This document shows, piece after piece, positions 14,808 through 22,994 of a stretch of DNA of 64,000 nucleotides. Position 1 is the first letter of the stretch. Every line of letters begins with the position of its first letter. This stretch comes from a virus (taxonomy: Duplodnaviria > Caudoviricetes), in the IMG/VR virus record IMGVR_UViG_3300028048_000066, positions 1-64,000 of that record. One strand, 5' to 3'. A program made the translations under genes and the position numbers. The notes beneath the pieces are model-generated. The model did not search any database and was not told where the DNA came from. It saw only the letters and a list, made by a program, of their open reading frames with translations.

Positions 14808-17210
14808 ATGAATTATATTGCAGAAGCATTCAAATCACTAGAAGATGTAGATGATAGCATTGTTGTAAGTCAACCAAAGCAAGACATCAAAGAAAGTGTA
14901 AAGAAAGTCAACAATAAGAAATCCATTAAAGAATCTTGTAAACCTATCAAAGAAGATAAAGATTTATTTGAACCAGATAAGAAATACAGTGTTTATGAAG
15001 ACCCAAAGCATTGTGTTGATATGATACACTCTATTATTGCTTATAGTAGAGATTTCAAAGATGGTGAAGATTTAGTTCAAGAGCAAGAACATAAATATAG
15101 AAACTATTTAGACAACTATATTGATGCTATGGGCAGAGATAAAGTTGTTGAGTTAGCAGATATACAAGTAAAAAGACCGCACAAAATTGAAAAGGCAGTA
15201 TATACAGACAGCGAAGGTTTATCATACAATTCTTTAACATTCTTGGATGGACACGAAGATTTATGGTTAGGTGAATCTTGTGAAAAGAAAGCAGTTAAAT
15301 CTAAAAAGTCTTTGAAAGAAGGTTATGCACCAGGATTTTATTGCTATGAAGAGGAAGAAGATTATGAATGTGAAGATGAGGGTGAACTAGAAGATTATGT
15401 AATGGGATTTGAACCATATAATCCTACCATTGAATATTGGTATGATGAGGATGAAGGCGTAGGACACATTACTTGGGAAAGTTCCTCTTATACAGACATA
15501 ACAGATGAAAAAGAGAATTCAATAGACACTGACATCACAGTTAAAGAATTATTAGATATGTGGTGGAATAGTGTAAGAATCAAAGGTGGAAAAATTAAAG
15601 GAACAGCAATACTTTATAAAGATTGTAAAGATGGTTCATATGAATTAGATAAAGACAACAATCCATATGGTGAAGCAATTTTAGATATGGTTGTTCACAC
15701 AAAAGATGAGTGGGATGATGATGGTGATGGATACCCAATCATTTATGCCACAATTGAAGGGGACAAAAAAGAATCTCATAAATCAGTTAAAGAAGAGGCA
15801 TCTTGTAAATTTGTAGTAGTTGCAAACAAGAATGATGATAGAAAAGAATTTGATAGCAAACAAGATGCTATTGCTTATGCTAAAGCACACATAAAAGATG
15901 AACCAAAGGTATTTGATTGTGATAAGAAAGAAATTTGGAACTATCAAACACCTGAATATAAGAATATAAAAGAAGGCAAGAAAGCAGTTAAAGAAGAATT
16001 AGAAATAGATTATGATAAAAATGGTTTACCTAAAGAAATATATGTAGATTATGAAGATTTAGGATTATACGAAGAAGACTACTTAATTTATAATGAAGAT
16101 GTGGACTTCGGAGAAGATGTAAGAAATAGATATGATGAAAAGGAGTTGCTTGAATCTATCAAAGAGTATTTAGATGAAAACTATAAGGATATAAAAGTTG
16201 TAAGTTTTGACTATTCACTAGAAATTAACTGCTACAACCCTAGAGTTTGTATTTGTGATATTGTTTGGGAAGATAAAAAGTCTAAAAAGGAATCTAAAGA
16301 ATCAAAAAAGTCAAAGAAGAAACTTAAAGAAAGTGAATCAATTAACCTTATGGATGATGAAGATATTAAGAAAGGTCAAGAAATCTTAAATTCTGAAAAG
16401 AAAGAAGAAACAGAGCAAATTGTTGATGTAGATGCAGATACAATTGATAAACTCAAAGATTCATATATTGGTAATGTAATTCTTCAATGCCCAATTTGTA
16501 GAACTTTAATCTATAAGAAACCAGACTTACTCAAGAAGGATGAAGAAACTGACATTTATAACAAAGATGAAGAGTGTCCTCACTGTGGTTCTGTAGATGG
16601 ATTTGATTTAGTAGGACAAGTTGCATCTCTTGATGTAGAAGCAGAAGATAAAACAATTGAAACAACAGGAACAGATGTTGAAGTTAAAAAAGACATTGAA
16701 GTTGAAAAAGAACCTGCTAAAACAGAAGAAGAAGATGAAGAAAAAGAAGAATTAAAAGATAAATATGACTTACCAGATTTACCAGATGTTGAAGGTAAAG
16801 AAGAAGAGATTAAGTTTGAGAGTTTAGATAACAGAAAGTTTGATAGACTTGTAAACAGATATGCACATAATGTTTATGAGAACTTCAAGGGATTTAAATC
16901 TACAAACGGAAAGGTAGACAATGAAAAGAATATTATAATTATTGAAGGCCTAATTTCGTTTAAGGATGGAAAAAATGTGAAGACAAGATTTGTATTCAAT
17001 AAACTCACAGAATCACGCAGAGGCGATTTAGTTAAGTTTAGAGGTATAAATGAAACATTCTCAAAAGGTAAGAATGCATTCACACTTTCTGCAAAAGTAG
17101 AAAACAAAGAAATTGTTTGTGAATCTTTAAAATATAACTACAAAGCAAAGTTAAATGAAGAGTTTGTTTTAGTTAAAGGTAAAGTAGACAATAAAGCAAA
17201 AAGAAAGTAA
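14808..17210 (+). CDS. Modular head-associated protein with many IKES-type linkers and a CxxC...CxxC zinc ribbon
   Basis: AGGAG RBS; CPIC and CPHC; Lys-rich KKSIKES linkers. Confidence 0.7.
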   Translation: MNYIAEAFKSLEDVDDSIVVSQPKQDIKESVKKVNNKKSIKESCKPIKEDKDLFEPDKKYSVYEDPKHCVDMIHSIIAYSRDFKDGEDLVQEQEHKYRNYLDNYIDAMGRDKVVELADIQVKRPHKIEKAVYTDSEGLSYNSLTFLDGHEDLWLGESCEKKAVKSKKSLKEGYAPGFYCYEEEEDYECEDEGELEDYVMGFEPYNPTIEYWYDEDEGVGHITWESSSYTDITDEKENSIDTDITVKELLDMWWNSVRIKGGKIKGTAILYKDCKDGSYELDKDNNPYGEAILDMVVHTKDEWDDDGDGYPIIYATIEGDKKESHKSVKEEASCKFVVVANKNDDRKEFDSKQDAIAYAKAHIKDEPKVFDCDKKEIWNYQTPEYKNIKEGKKAVKEELEIDYDKNGLPKEIYVDYEDLGLYEEDYLIYNEDVDFGEDVRNRYDEKELLESIKEYLDENYKDIKVVSFDYSLEINCYNPRVCICDIVWEDKKSKKESKESKKSKKKLKESESINLMDDEDIKKGQEILNSEKKEETEQIVDVDADTIDKLKDSYIGNVILQCPICRTLIYKKPDLLKKDEETDIYNKDEECPHCGSVDGFDLVGQVASLDVEAEDKTIETTGTDVEVKKDIEVEKEPAKTEEEDEEKEELKDKYDLPDLPDVEGKEEEIKFESLDNRKFDRLVNRYAHNVYENFKGFKSTNGKVDNEKNIIIIEGLISFKDGKNVKTRFVFNKLTESRRGDLVKFRGINETFSKGKNAFTLSAKVENKEIVCESLKYNYKAKLNEEFVLVKGKVDNKAKRK

Positions 17211-17239
17211 GAAGTAGATAGCGAAAGGAGTAATAAATA

Positions 17240-17746
17240 ATGGACGGTAGAGATACAGGTTTATTACTAAATCCTAATAATATAAAACTTCATAGGAATT
17301 ACTTTATAGAGATGACTAGACTACTAGGCATCAATGTAATTTATAGAGCACCTAGAGAGGATAAGCACTACAATGGATATGGTGAGTTAGACAGTTTCTA
17401 TTATGAACCTGTTGTTACGAGTTGCATCTTTGATGAACATCCAACACAATGGACAATGAAGAAACTCGGATGGAATAGTGAGTTAAGTGATTCTTTATCA
17501 GTCATTCACATTCCATATGACTTACCAAATATCCAAGTAGGTGCATTATTTATCATACCAAGTGCTGTAGACAATGCAGAAGGAAGATTATTTAGGGTTA
17601 TTAGAATGTCAACAATAAGTGTATATCCTGCTTACATTGCTTGTGAAATAGGTCCAGTGTGGGAAAACACAAACCAAGTTACAGACATTAACTATAAAGA
17701 CCAGAACTTTACAATGCTGGTAGATAATGAGGATGGAGAAGAATAA
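17240..17746 (+). CDS. Neck / head-closure protein (T4 gp14-like)
   Basis: YFIEMTRLLGINVIY pattern; lies between the adaptor and tail terminator genes. Confidence 0.55.
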   Translation: MDGRDTGLLLNPNNIKLHRNYFIEMTRLLGINVIYRAPREDKHYNGYGELDSFYYEPVVTSCIFDEHPTQWTMKKLGWNSELSDSLSVIHIPYDLPNIQVGALFIIPSAVDNAEGRLFRVIRMSTISVYPAYIACEIGPVWENTNQVTDINYKDQNFTMLVDNEDGEE

Positions 17747-17747
17747 T

Positions 17748-18770
17748 ATGTATAATGAATTAAAGTTTAGATATGCATTAAGAGAAGCAGATGGTGAACA
17801 GCCAACAGCACAACCTTCTCAACCAACTGGAGCATCTTCTGAATTAAAAGCATCAGCAAAACTATCTCAAGAAACACTCGCAAAAGTTAATGATGCAAAA
17901 GAGGGTAGACTTAATTGGCAAGAAGTTCAAGATTCTGCAAAGACAAGTGAAGAAAGAAGTGCAATATCTGAAATATTCTTACTAAATAATAAAAACATTC
18001 AACCATACTTACAATATTTACAAAACGGTATGGATATTGTAATTAGTTGGGTAAATCAACTTGGATTCAAAGAAATAAACAATCCATATTTAAAGTTTAT
18101 TCCAACATTCTTTAAGATAGGTGGAAATACATTTAATCTTACAAGAGATGATATTATTGTATGGAATGATATGTATGCTAATGAATTAGTAGATGAAGCA
18201 GATATGATGGGTACTGGAAAAGAAGGTACAGGTCACATTATATTTGATGGTGCTGATGGTGGTTTATATCGTTCTGATGCACAAGGTATGGGTTCTGCTC
18301 AAACTATGTTACAATTCATTAAGTATTATAATTATTTCGGCAATCAAGCAAATGTAGAAAAACTTAATATTCAAGCAATAATGTCAATGGAAAGCGGTCC
18401 ATACCCAAAGAAATTTCAAGAAGCAGGAATTAAGATTGATGAGAAGGGCCATTTAGACAATATACTTAGCAATTATGGTTCAAATACTTGGAAATTAGTT
18501 AGACCTATAATTATGTATAAGTATGATGGGGCATTAAACGATACAGGTGCAAGTCAATTAGAAAGCACACCAGCAAAACTGGTTGAAACATTCTATTATG
18601 TAGATAAAGCATATAAATTAGGACTTGGGACAAGTGCAACTTCAAGTCAATCAAAAGAGGCAAATGATGTTATAACTCGTTTTGAAAATGGCATTAAAAA
18701 CGGAGAGTTTACAAAAGAACAGATAGCACGAATCACACAAACAATGAAAGAAAGAGGTTTATTGAGGTAA
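17748..18770 (+). CDS. Hypothetical virion-region protein
   Basis: Likely start is the ATG at 17748 after GGAG; LREA motif near the N-terminus. Confidence 0.7.
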   Translation: MYNELKFRYALREADGEQPTAQPSQPTGASSELKASAKLSQETLAKVNDAKEGRLNWQEVQDSAKTSEERSAISEIFLLNNKNIQPYLQYLQNGMDIVISWVNQLGFKEINNPYLKFIPTFFKIGGNTFNLTRDDIIVWNDMYANELVDEADMMGTGKEGTGHIIFDGADGGLYRSDAQGMGSAQTMLQFIKYYNYFGNQANVEKLNIQAIMSMESGPYPKKFQEAGIKIDEKGHLDNILSNYGSNTWKLVRPIIMYKYDGALNDTGASQLESTPAKLVETFYYVDKAYKLGLGTSATSSQSKEANDVITRFENGIKNGEFTKEQIARITQTMKERGLLR

Positions 18771-18780
18771 TACAAGATAA

Positions 18781-19182
18781 ATGCAATTAGTAAGTAGTAT
18801 TGAGAGTGAAGAGTTTAATTACAGGATACTACCAACCCTACTATACAAGACTTTGGTAACAAAATATAATAAACTTGTAAAAAGAAAAAGAGTTGGTAAT
18901 ATGAACAACTACTTAAAAGACAATTACAACATAACCTTAGAAGATATAATAAAAAGAAGCAAAATAGTAGTAAATGACAGAGGAAATCAATTTGTTATTT
19001 CTATAGAGCAAAACGAAACAATAAATGGAATACCAATAGAAACTTTAATAAGACTAATTGATTTTGGCAATATGGATATTAAAGGACTAAATCTATTTAA
19101 TTCAACATTTAGATATGTGGAAAGTAGATTAGGAACATTCTTTAGGTATTATATGATAGGGGGTTTTAATAGTGTCAATTAA
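18781..19182 (+). CDS. Hypothetical protein (neck/tail completion region)
   Basis: GAGGT RBS; tightly packed in the operon. Confidence 0.65.
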   Translation: MQLVSSIESEEFNYRILPTLLYKTLVTKYNKLVKRKRVGNMNNYLKDNYNITLEDIIKRSKIVVNDRGNQFVISIEQNETINGIPIETLIRLIDFGNMDIKGLNLFNSTFRYVESRLGTFFRYYMIGGFNSVN

Positions 19183-19810
19183 ATTATATGATGAGGCATT
19201 AGTAGAAAAGATTAAGAAATGGGTTAAAGACCCTAATCTTGCCATATTAAAACCAGATGAGTCAACAAGACTATTACAGATGAAAGCAGATATAGGTGAT
19301 GATAAACCTATTCAATTACCTTTCATTGCAATATCAAGAGATAAAGAAATAAAGATATTAAATACACAGAAGCAACCAAAAACATTTAGTGGATATATTC
19401 TACAAGCATCAAAGAAAACAACAATGACAATAAATGTTGTTCCTATTGAATTAGCGTATCAAATAGACATCTACACAAGAAAGATGGAAGAAGCAGATGA
19501 ATTTATAAGAAACTTTGTGTTTAACTTCATCAACTTACCAAAATTAAAGATTGGTTTACCATATAACAATGTATGGGTAGAACACGAATCAAATTTATGG
19601 ATAGAGGATTCAATTGTAGATAATAGTGATATTACAGAACATTTATTTGCAGACCAATTTTATAGGTTCTCAATTAGACTTTATGTAGATGATGCTTACT
19701 TATTCAGCATACCAAGTAAAGAAACGCCAACCATTGAACTTATTGATTTGGCAGTTGAAGATAGGGAAACGAAAGATATTGTAGAAGATACAGTAATTTA
19801 CAAAAAATAG
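19172..19810 (+). CDS. Tail terminator / sheath stabiliser (T4 gp15-like)
   Basis: LPFIAISR..PIELAYQIDIYTRKMEEADE; immediately before the sheath gene. Confidence 0.65.
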   Translation: MSIKLYDEALVEKIKKWVKDPNLAILKPDESTRLLQMKADIGDDKPIQLPFIAISRDKEIKILNTQKQPKTFSGYILQASKKTTMTINVVPIELAYQIDIYTRKMEEADEFIRNFVFNFINLPKLKIGLPYNNVWVEHESNLWIEDSIVDNSDITEHLFADQFYRFSIRLYVDDAYLFSIPSKETPTIELIDLAVEDRETKDIVEDTVIYKK

Positions 19811-19822
19811 TCAATAATTCTA

Positions 19823-19837
19823 TGCTAAATTAAATGA
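19823..19837 (+). promoter_or_regulatory. Putative late promoter TGCTAAATTAAATGA
   Basis: Exact motif copy upstream of the sheath gene. Confidence 0.8.
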
Positions 19838-19889
19838 GTAAGAATTATTGTTTATAAAGAATAATAATATAGAAGGAGAAAAATAAATT

Positions 19890-21104
19890 ATGCCAAAAAT
19901 TGAAATCAAAGAAATAGACAATACTGGTATCGTTAGCGAGAGTGCTATACTTAATACAGTCTATATTCCTGGTCCATATGCGGATGGTGGCGAAGCAAAG
20001 AAACCTACTTTATTCGTAACATCAAAAGCATTATTAGACAAAAAAGATGATTATGATGCAGATTCACTTTCATTCAAATTAGCAGTACACCTATTAGAAT
20101 TAGGTATCTATGTTTTATATGAAGGAATTGCAGCAGAACCAACAGACTCTGATTGGGAAGCAATTTGGGAAAACCTTACAGATAAAACACTATATGATGT
20201 AAGATTCCTCACAACAGGTCAATATACTGCACCATCAAAGAATATGATTAAGTGTGCAGCAAAGAGAGGAGATTGTATTGCTTTATTAGACCACCCAGAA
20301 GATGAAACAACAATTAAAGAAGAAGATTTAATTGAAGATGCAGACATCACAGTTGTTAAGAAAGTAAGAAATTACTTTGAACAATATAAAGATGATGGTA
20401 TTGCAGGAACAATTGATGCGGGTTCTTATGTAAGTTGTATGACACCTTGGTTCAAGACAAAGAATGCTACATTATTAGGTGATAGTGAAGAGAAAGAAAT
20501 TGGTATTCCTGCATCTTTCGGTTACTTATTTGCTTATGCTAACTCAATCGTAACATATCCAGAGTGGTATGCAGTAGCAGGTTCATTCAGAGGAATCATC
20601 AAAGAATTAACAGATGTTTACTATGATTATTCTTCAAGTGAAATTGAAATCCTACAAGCAAGAGGAGCAGATGGTGAAGTAGACCTTGATGATTTAGGTG
20701 ATAATGAAGGTTGTGCTATTAACCCAATTGCATTAGTAAGACCATTCGGTTACATTGTATGGGGTAACAGAACATTCAGAGAAAATGATGGAACAACAGT
20801 TGCAACATCTTTCTTAAATGTTAGAAACCTTGTAAGTGCAATCAAGAAAGCATTATACAACGCAGCAAGAAAGTATACATTTGAACAAAACAGCGAAATT
20901 TTATGGATTAACTTCCAATCACAAGTTACACCTTTATTAGATAGAATGAAGAGTGGTAATGGAATTCTTGGATATAGATTCACAAAATTAAAGACAGACA
21001 AGAAGGCAAGATTGAAGGCAAGATTAACAATTGTTCCTATTGAAGCAGTTGAAGATTTCCAATTAGAAGTAGAACTTGCAGATTCTTTAGAAGTAGTAGA
21101 ATAG
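19890..21104 (+). CDS. Tail sheath protein (compact)
   Basis: WYAVAG..RG, INPI, IVWGNRT, FLNVRNL and FEQN sheath motifs. Confidence 0.92.
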   Translation: MPKIEIKEIDNTGIVSESAILNTVYIPGPYADGGEAKKPTLFVTSKALLDKKDDYDADSLSFKLAVHLLELGIYVLYEGIAAEPTDSDWEAIWENLTDKTLYDVRFLTTGQYTAPSKNMIKCAAKRGDCIALLDHPEDETTIKEEDLIEDADITVVKKVRNYFEQYKDDGIAGTIDAGSYVSCMTPWFKTKNATLLGDSEEKEIGIPASFGYLFAYANSIVTYPEWYAVAGSFRGIIKELTDVYYDYSSSEIEILQARGADGEVDLDDLGDNEGCAINPIALVRPFGYIVWGNRTFRENDGTTVATSFLNVRNLVSAIKKALYNAARKYTFEQNSEILWINFQSQVTPLLDRMKSGNGILGYRFTKLKTDKKARLKARLTIVPIEAVEDFQLEVELADSLEVVE

Positions 21105-21122
21105 TAAAGGGGGAAAGAGAAT

Positions 21123-21707
21123 ATGAGTTATGATATTGGTACTTACCATTTAGCCGACAATCCACAATTATTTGAACCAGCAAGAAGTAATAACTTTGAG
21201 TTCATTATTTCAGATATTGACTCATTATTACCAGCAGGTGTAGACCTTCCAACAGATGCAGACACATTAAAGAATTGTCAAGATGTAATTAGATTATCAG
21301 TTGTTAAATCAAGTGTTCCACACTTCACATTGGGTGAAATTGAAGTAAAGCGTGGTAACAACACAATGTACTTCGCAGGTACACCAACATTTGATGCTGG
21401 CACATTAACAGTTAATGACTACATTGGTGCAAAGACAAAGGACATTTTACTTGCTTGGCAAGCACTTGCATATGATGTTATCACAGAAAAAGTTCATCTT
21501 GCAACAAACTATAAGAAGAACTGCACATTGGTTGAATACTCACCAGATTATGACCAAGTTATTAGACAATGGGAATTAAAGGGATGTTGGATTACAAAAT
21601 TATCAGAAGGCGACTTTGACTATGAATCTAATGATAAGAGAACAGTTGATGCAACAATTCGTTATGACAAAGCAATCCCAATTCCAGTTTCAGAAGAAGA
21701 GGCATAA
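21123..21707 (+). CDS. Tail tube protein (T4 gp19-like)
   Basis: PARSNNFE, YFAG.P.F, WELKGCW and YDKA motifs; follows the sheath gene. Confidence 0.9.
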   Translation: MSYDIGTYHLADNPQLFEPARSNNFEFIISDIDSLLPAGVDLPTDADTLKNCQDVIRLSVVKSSVPHFTLGEIEVKRGNNTMYFAGTPTFDAGTLTVNDYIGAKTKDILLAWQALAYDVITEKVHLATNYKKNCTLVEYSPDYDQVIRQWELKGCWITKLSEGDFDYESNDKRTVDATIRYDKAIPIPVSEEEA

Positions 21708-21750
21708 TTGGTATAATAGAAAAGACATAGTAGTTGCTATGTGAAATAGT

Positions 21751-21790
21751 AAAGAATACTGACAAGTAATGTTGGTATTCTTTATATTTT
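21751..21790 (+). terminator. Rho-independent terminator
   Basis: AAAGAATACTGACA-AGTAA-TGTTGGTATTCTTT followed by a T-rich tract. Confidence 0.75.
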
Positions 21791-21804
21791 TATAAATTTA
21801 TAAG

Positions 21805-21819
21805 TGCTAAATTAAATGA
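21805..21819 (+). promoter_or_regulatory. Putative late promoter TGCTAAATTAAATGA
   Basis: Exact motif copy. Confidence 0.8.
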
Positions 21820-21833
21820 AAGGAGTTATGCAT

Positions 21834-22019
21834 ATGGAAATTAACATAAACGAAAAAGAAGCAACGAGTAAAAAGAAAATGATAGCACTTGAGATGCCTG
21901 AGTCTTTATACCAAAAATTAAGAAAGGAAGCATTTGAAAGAGAGTTGTCTATATCTGCAATTGTGAGATATATTGCAGAGATGTATTTTTTAGATAAAGA
22001 AGAGAAAGGAGAAAACTAA
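21834..22019 (+). CDS. Ribbon-helix-helix (CopG/Arc-like) DNA-binding protein
   Basis: MIALEMPESLYQKLRKEA..SISAIVR pattern; start placed 8 nt after AGGAG. Confidence 0.7.
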   Translation: MEININEKEATSKKKMIALEMPESLYQKLRKEAFERELSISAIVRYIAEMYFLDKEEKGEN

Positions 22020-22021
22020 AA

Positions 22022-22756
22022 ATGAGTAATACTACAATATTTGAAACCTTTACACTTCCATCTAAGGGTTTAATTTATGATGAACCCATTAGTTCAGAAG
22101 TGACATTAAGGTCAATGACAATTTCGGAAGAAATGAGAAGGTTAGCACCTAGTGAGACACCATATAAGATTATGGCAGACATCATTGAAGATTGTATGCA
22201 AGAGAAACCAAAGATTAAAGTTTATGATATGTGTCTTGGTGATTATCAATTCTTACTTCACAAATTAAGAGTAGTAACCTATGGACCAGAGTATAGAATG
22301 ACTATTACCTGTCCTAATTGTGGTGAAGTAACAGACTCTATAGCAGACCTAGATTCACTGGAAGTTTTAGAGTATGATGAAAGTTATGATGAACTATTTA
22401 ATATTACACTACCAGCAACAGGTAAGAATATTAGATTGAAGTATCAAACACCAAGAGATTTAGACGAAATTGCTAGAAAGACAAAAGAGATGAAAAGAAA
22501 GACTAAATTAAATGCAGAGTATGGATTATTATATACAACAATGTATTTAATTAAAACTGTAGATGGTAGAGTATTAACACCTGTTCAATTAGAAGATTTT
22601 GTTAAGAAACTACCTATGAAAGATGTAAAGACTATAATTAGTAGAGCAGAAGAAATAACAAAGAAGGTAGGTCTTGACACTAAGATTATTACAAAGTGTG
22701 ACCAATGTGGTTATGAAATGGTGTCCACCTTTCGCAACACAGGGGAATTTTTTTGA
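22022..22756 (+). CDS. Tail/baseplate assembly chaperone (T4 gp26-like)
   Basis: TLPSKG, RSMT..EE, LR..TYG, CPNC and CDQC; lies between tube and tape measure. Confidence 0.75.
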   Translation: MSNTTIFETFTLPSKGLIYDEPISSEVTLRSMTISEEMRRLAPSETPYKIMADIIEDCMQEKPKIKVYDMCLGDYQFLLHKLRVVTYGPEYRMTITCPNCGEVTDSIADLDSLEVLEYDESYDELFNITLPATGKNIRLKYQTPRDLDEIARKTKEMKRKTKLNAEYGLLYTTMYLIKTVDGRVLTPVQLEDFVKKLPMKDVKTIISRAEEITKKVGLDTKIITKCDQCGYEMVSTFRNTGEFF

Positions 22757-22991
22757 TAGACAATTTACTAAAGATGGTAAACCATATGCACCATTTAGAT
22801 ATAAAGAAATAGTAAAAGAATTATTTATTATATCTAGGGAAATAAATACGAGTTATACAGATTTATTAAGTATAACACCAAGAGAAAAAAACTATATGCT
22901 TGAATTTATTAGAGAAAGAGTTGAAAGAGAAAAAGAAGCAATAGAAAAAGCAAGAATGGAAAGGGAATTGAATAAAAAGACAAGGAGATAA
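22755..22991 (+). CDS. Chaperone extension (gp51/GT-like), probably reached by +1 frameshift
   Basis: No RBS-linked start; overlaps the upstream stop at AGGGGAATTTTTTTGA; SYTDLLSITPREKNYML pattern. Confidence 0.6.
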   Translation, partial: DRQFTKDGKPYAPFRYKEIVKELFIISREINTSYTDLLSITPREKNYMLEFIRERVEREKEAIEKARMERELNKKTRR

Positions 22992-22994
22992 TAA

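Noticed and set aside
21725-21742. Small hairpin ACATAG/CTATGT before the tube-gene terminator
   Set aside because: Short stem without a U tract; cannot be distinguished from chance or an accessory part of the terminator.
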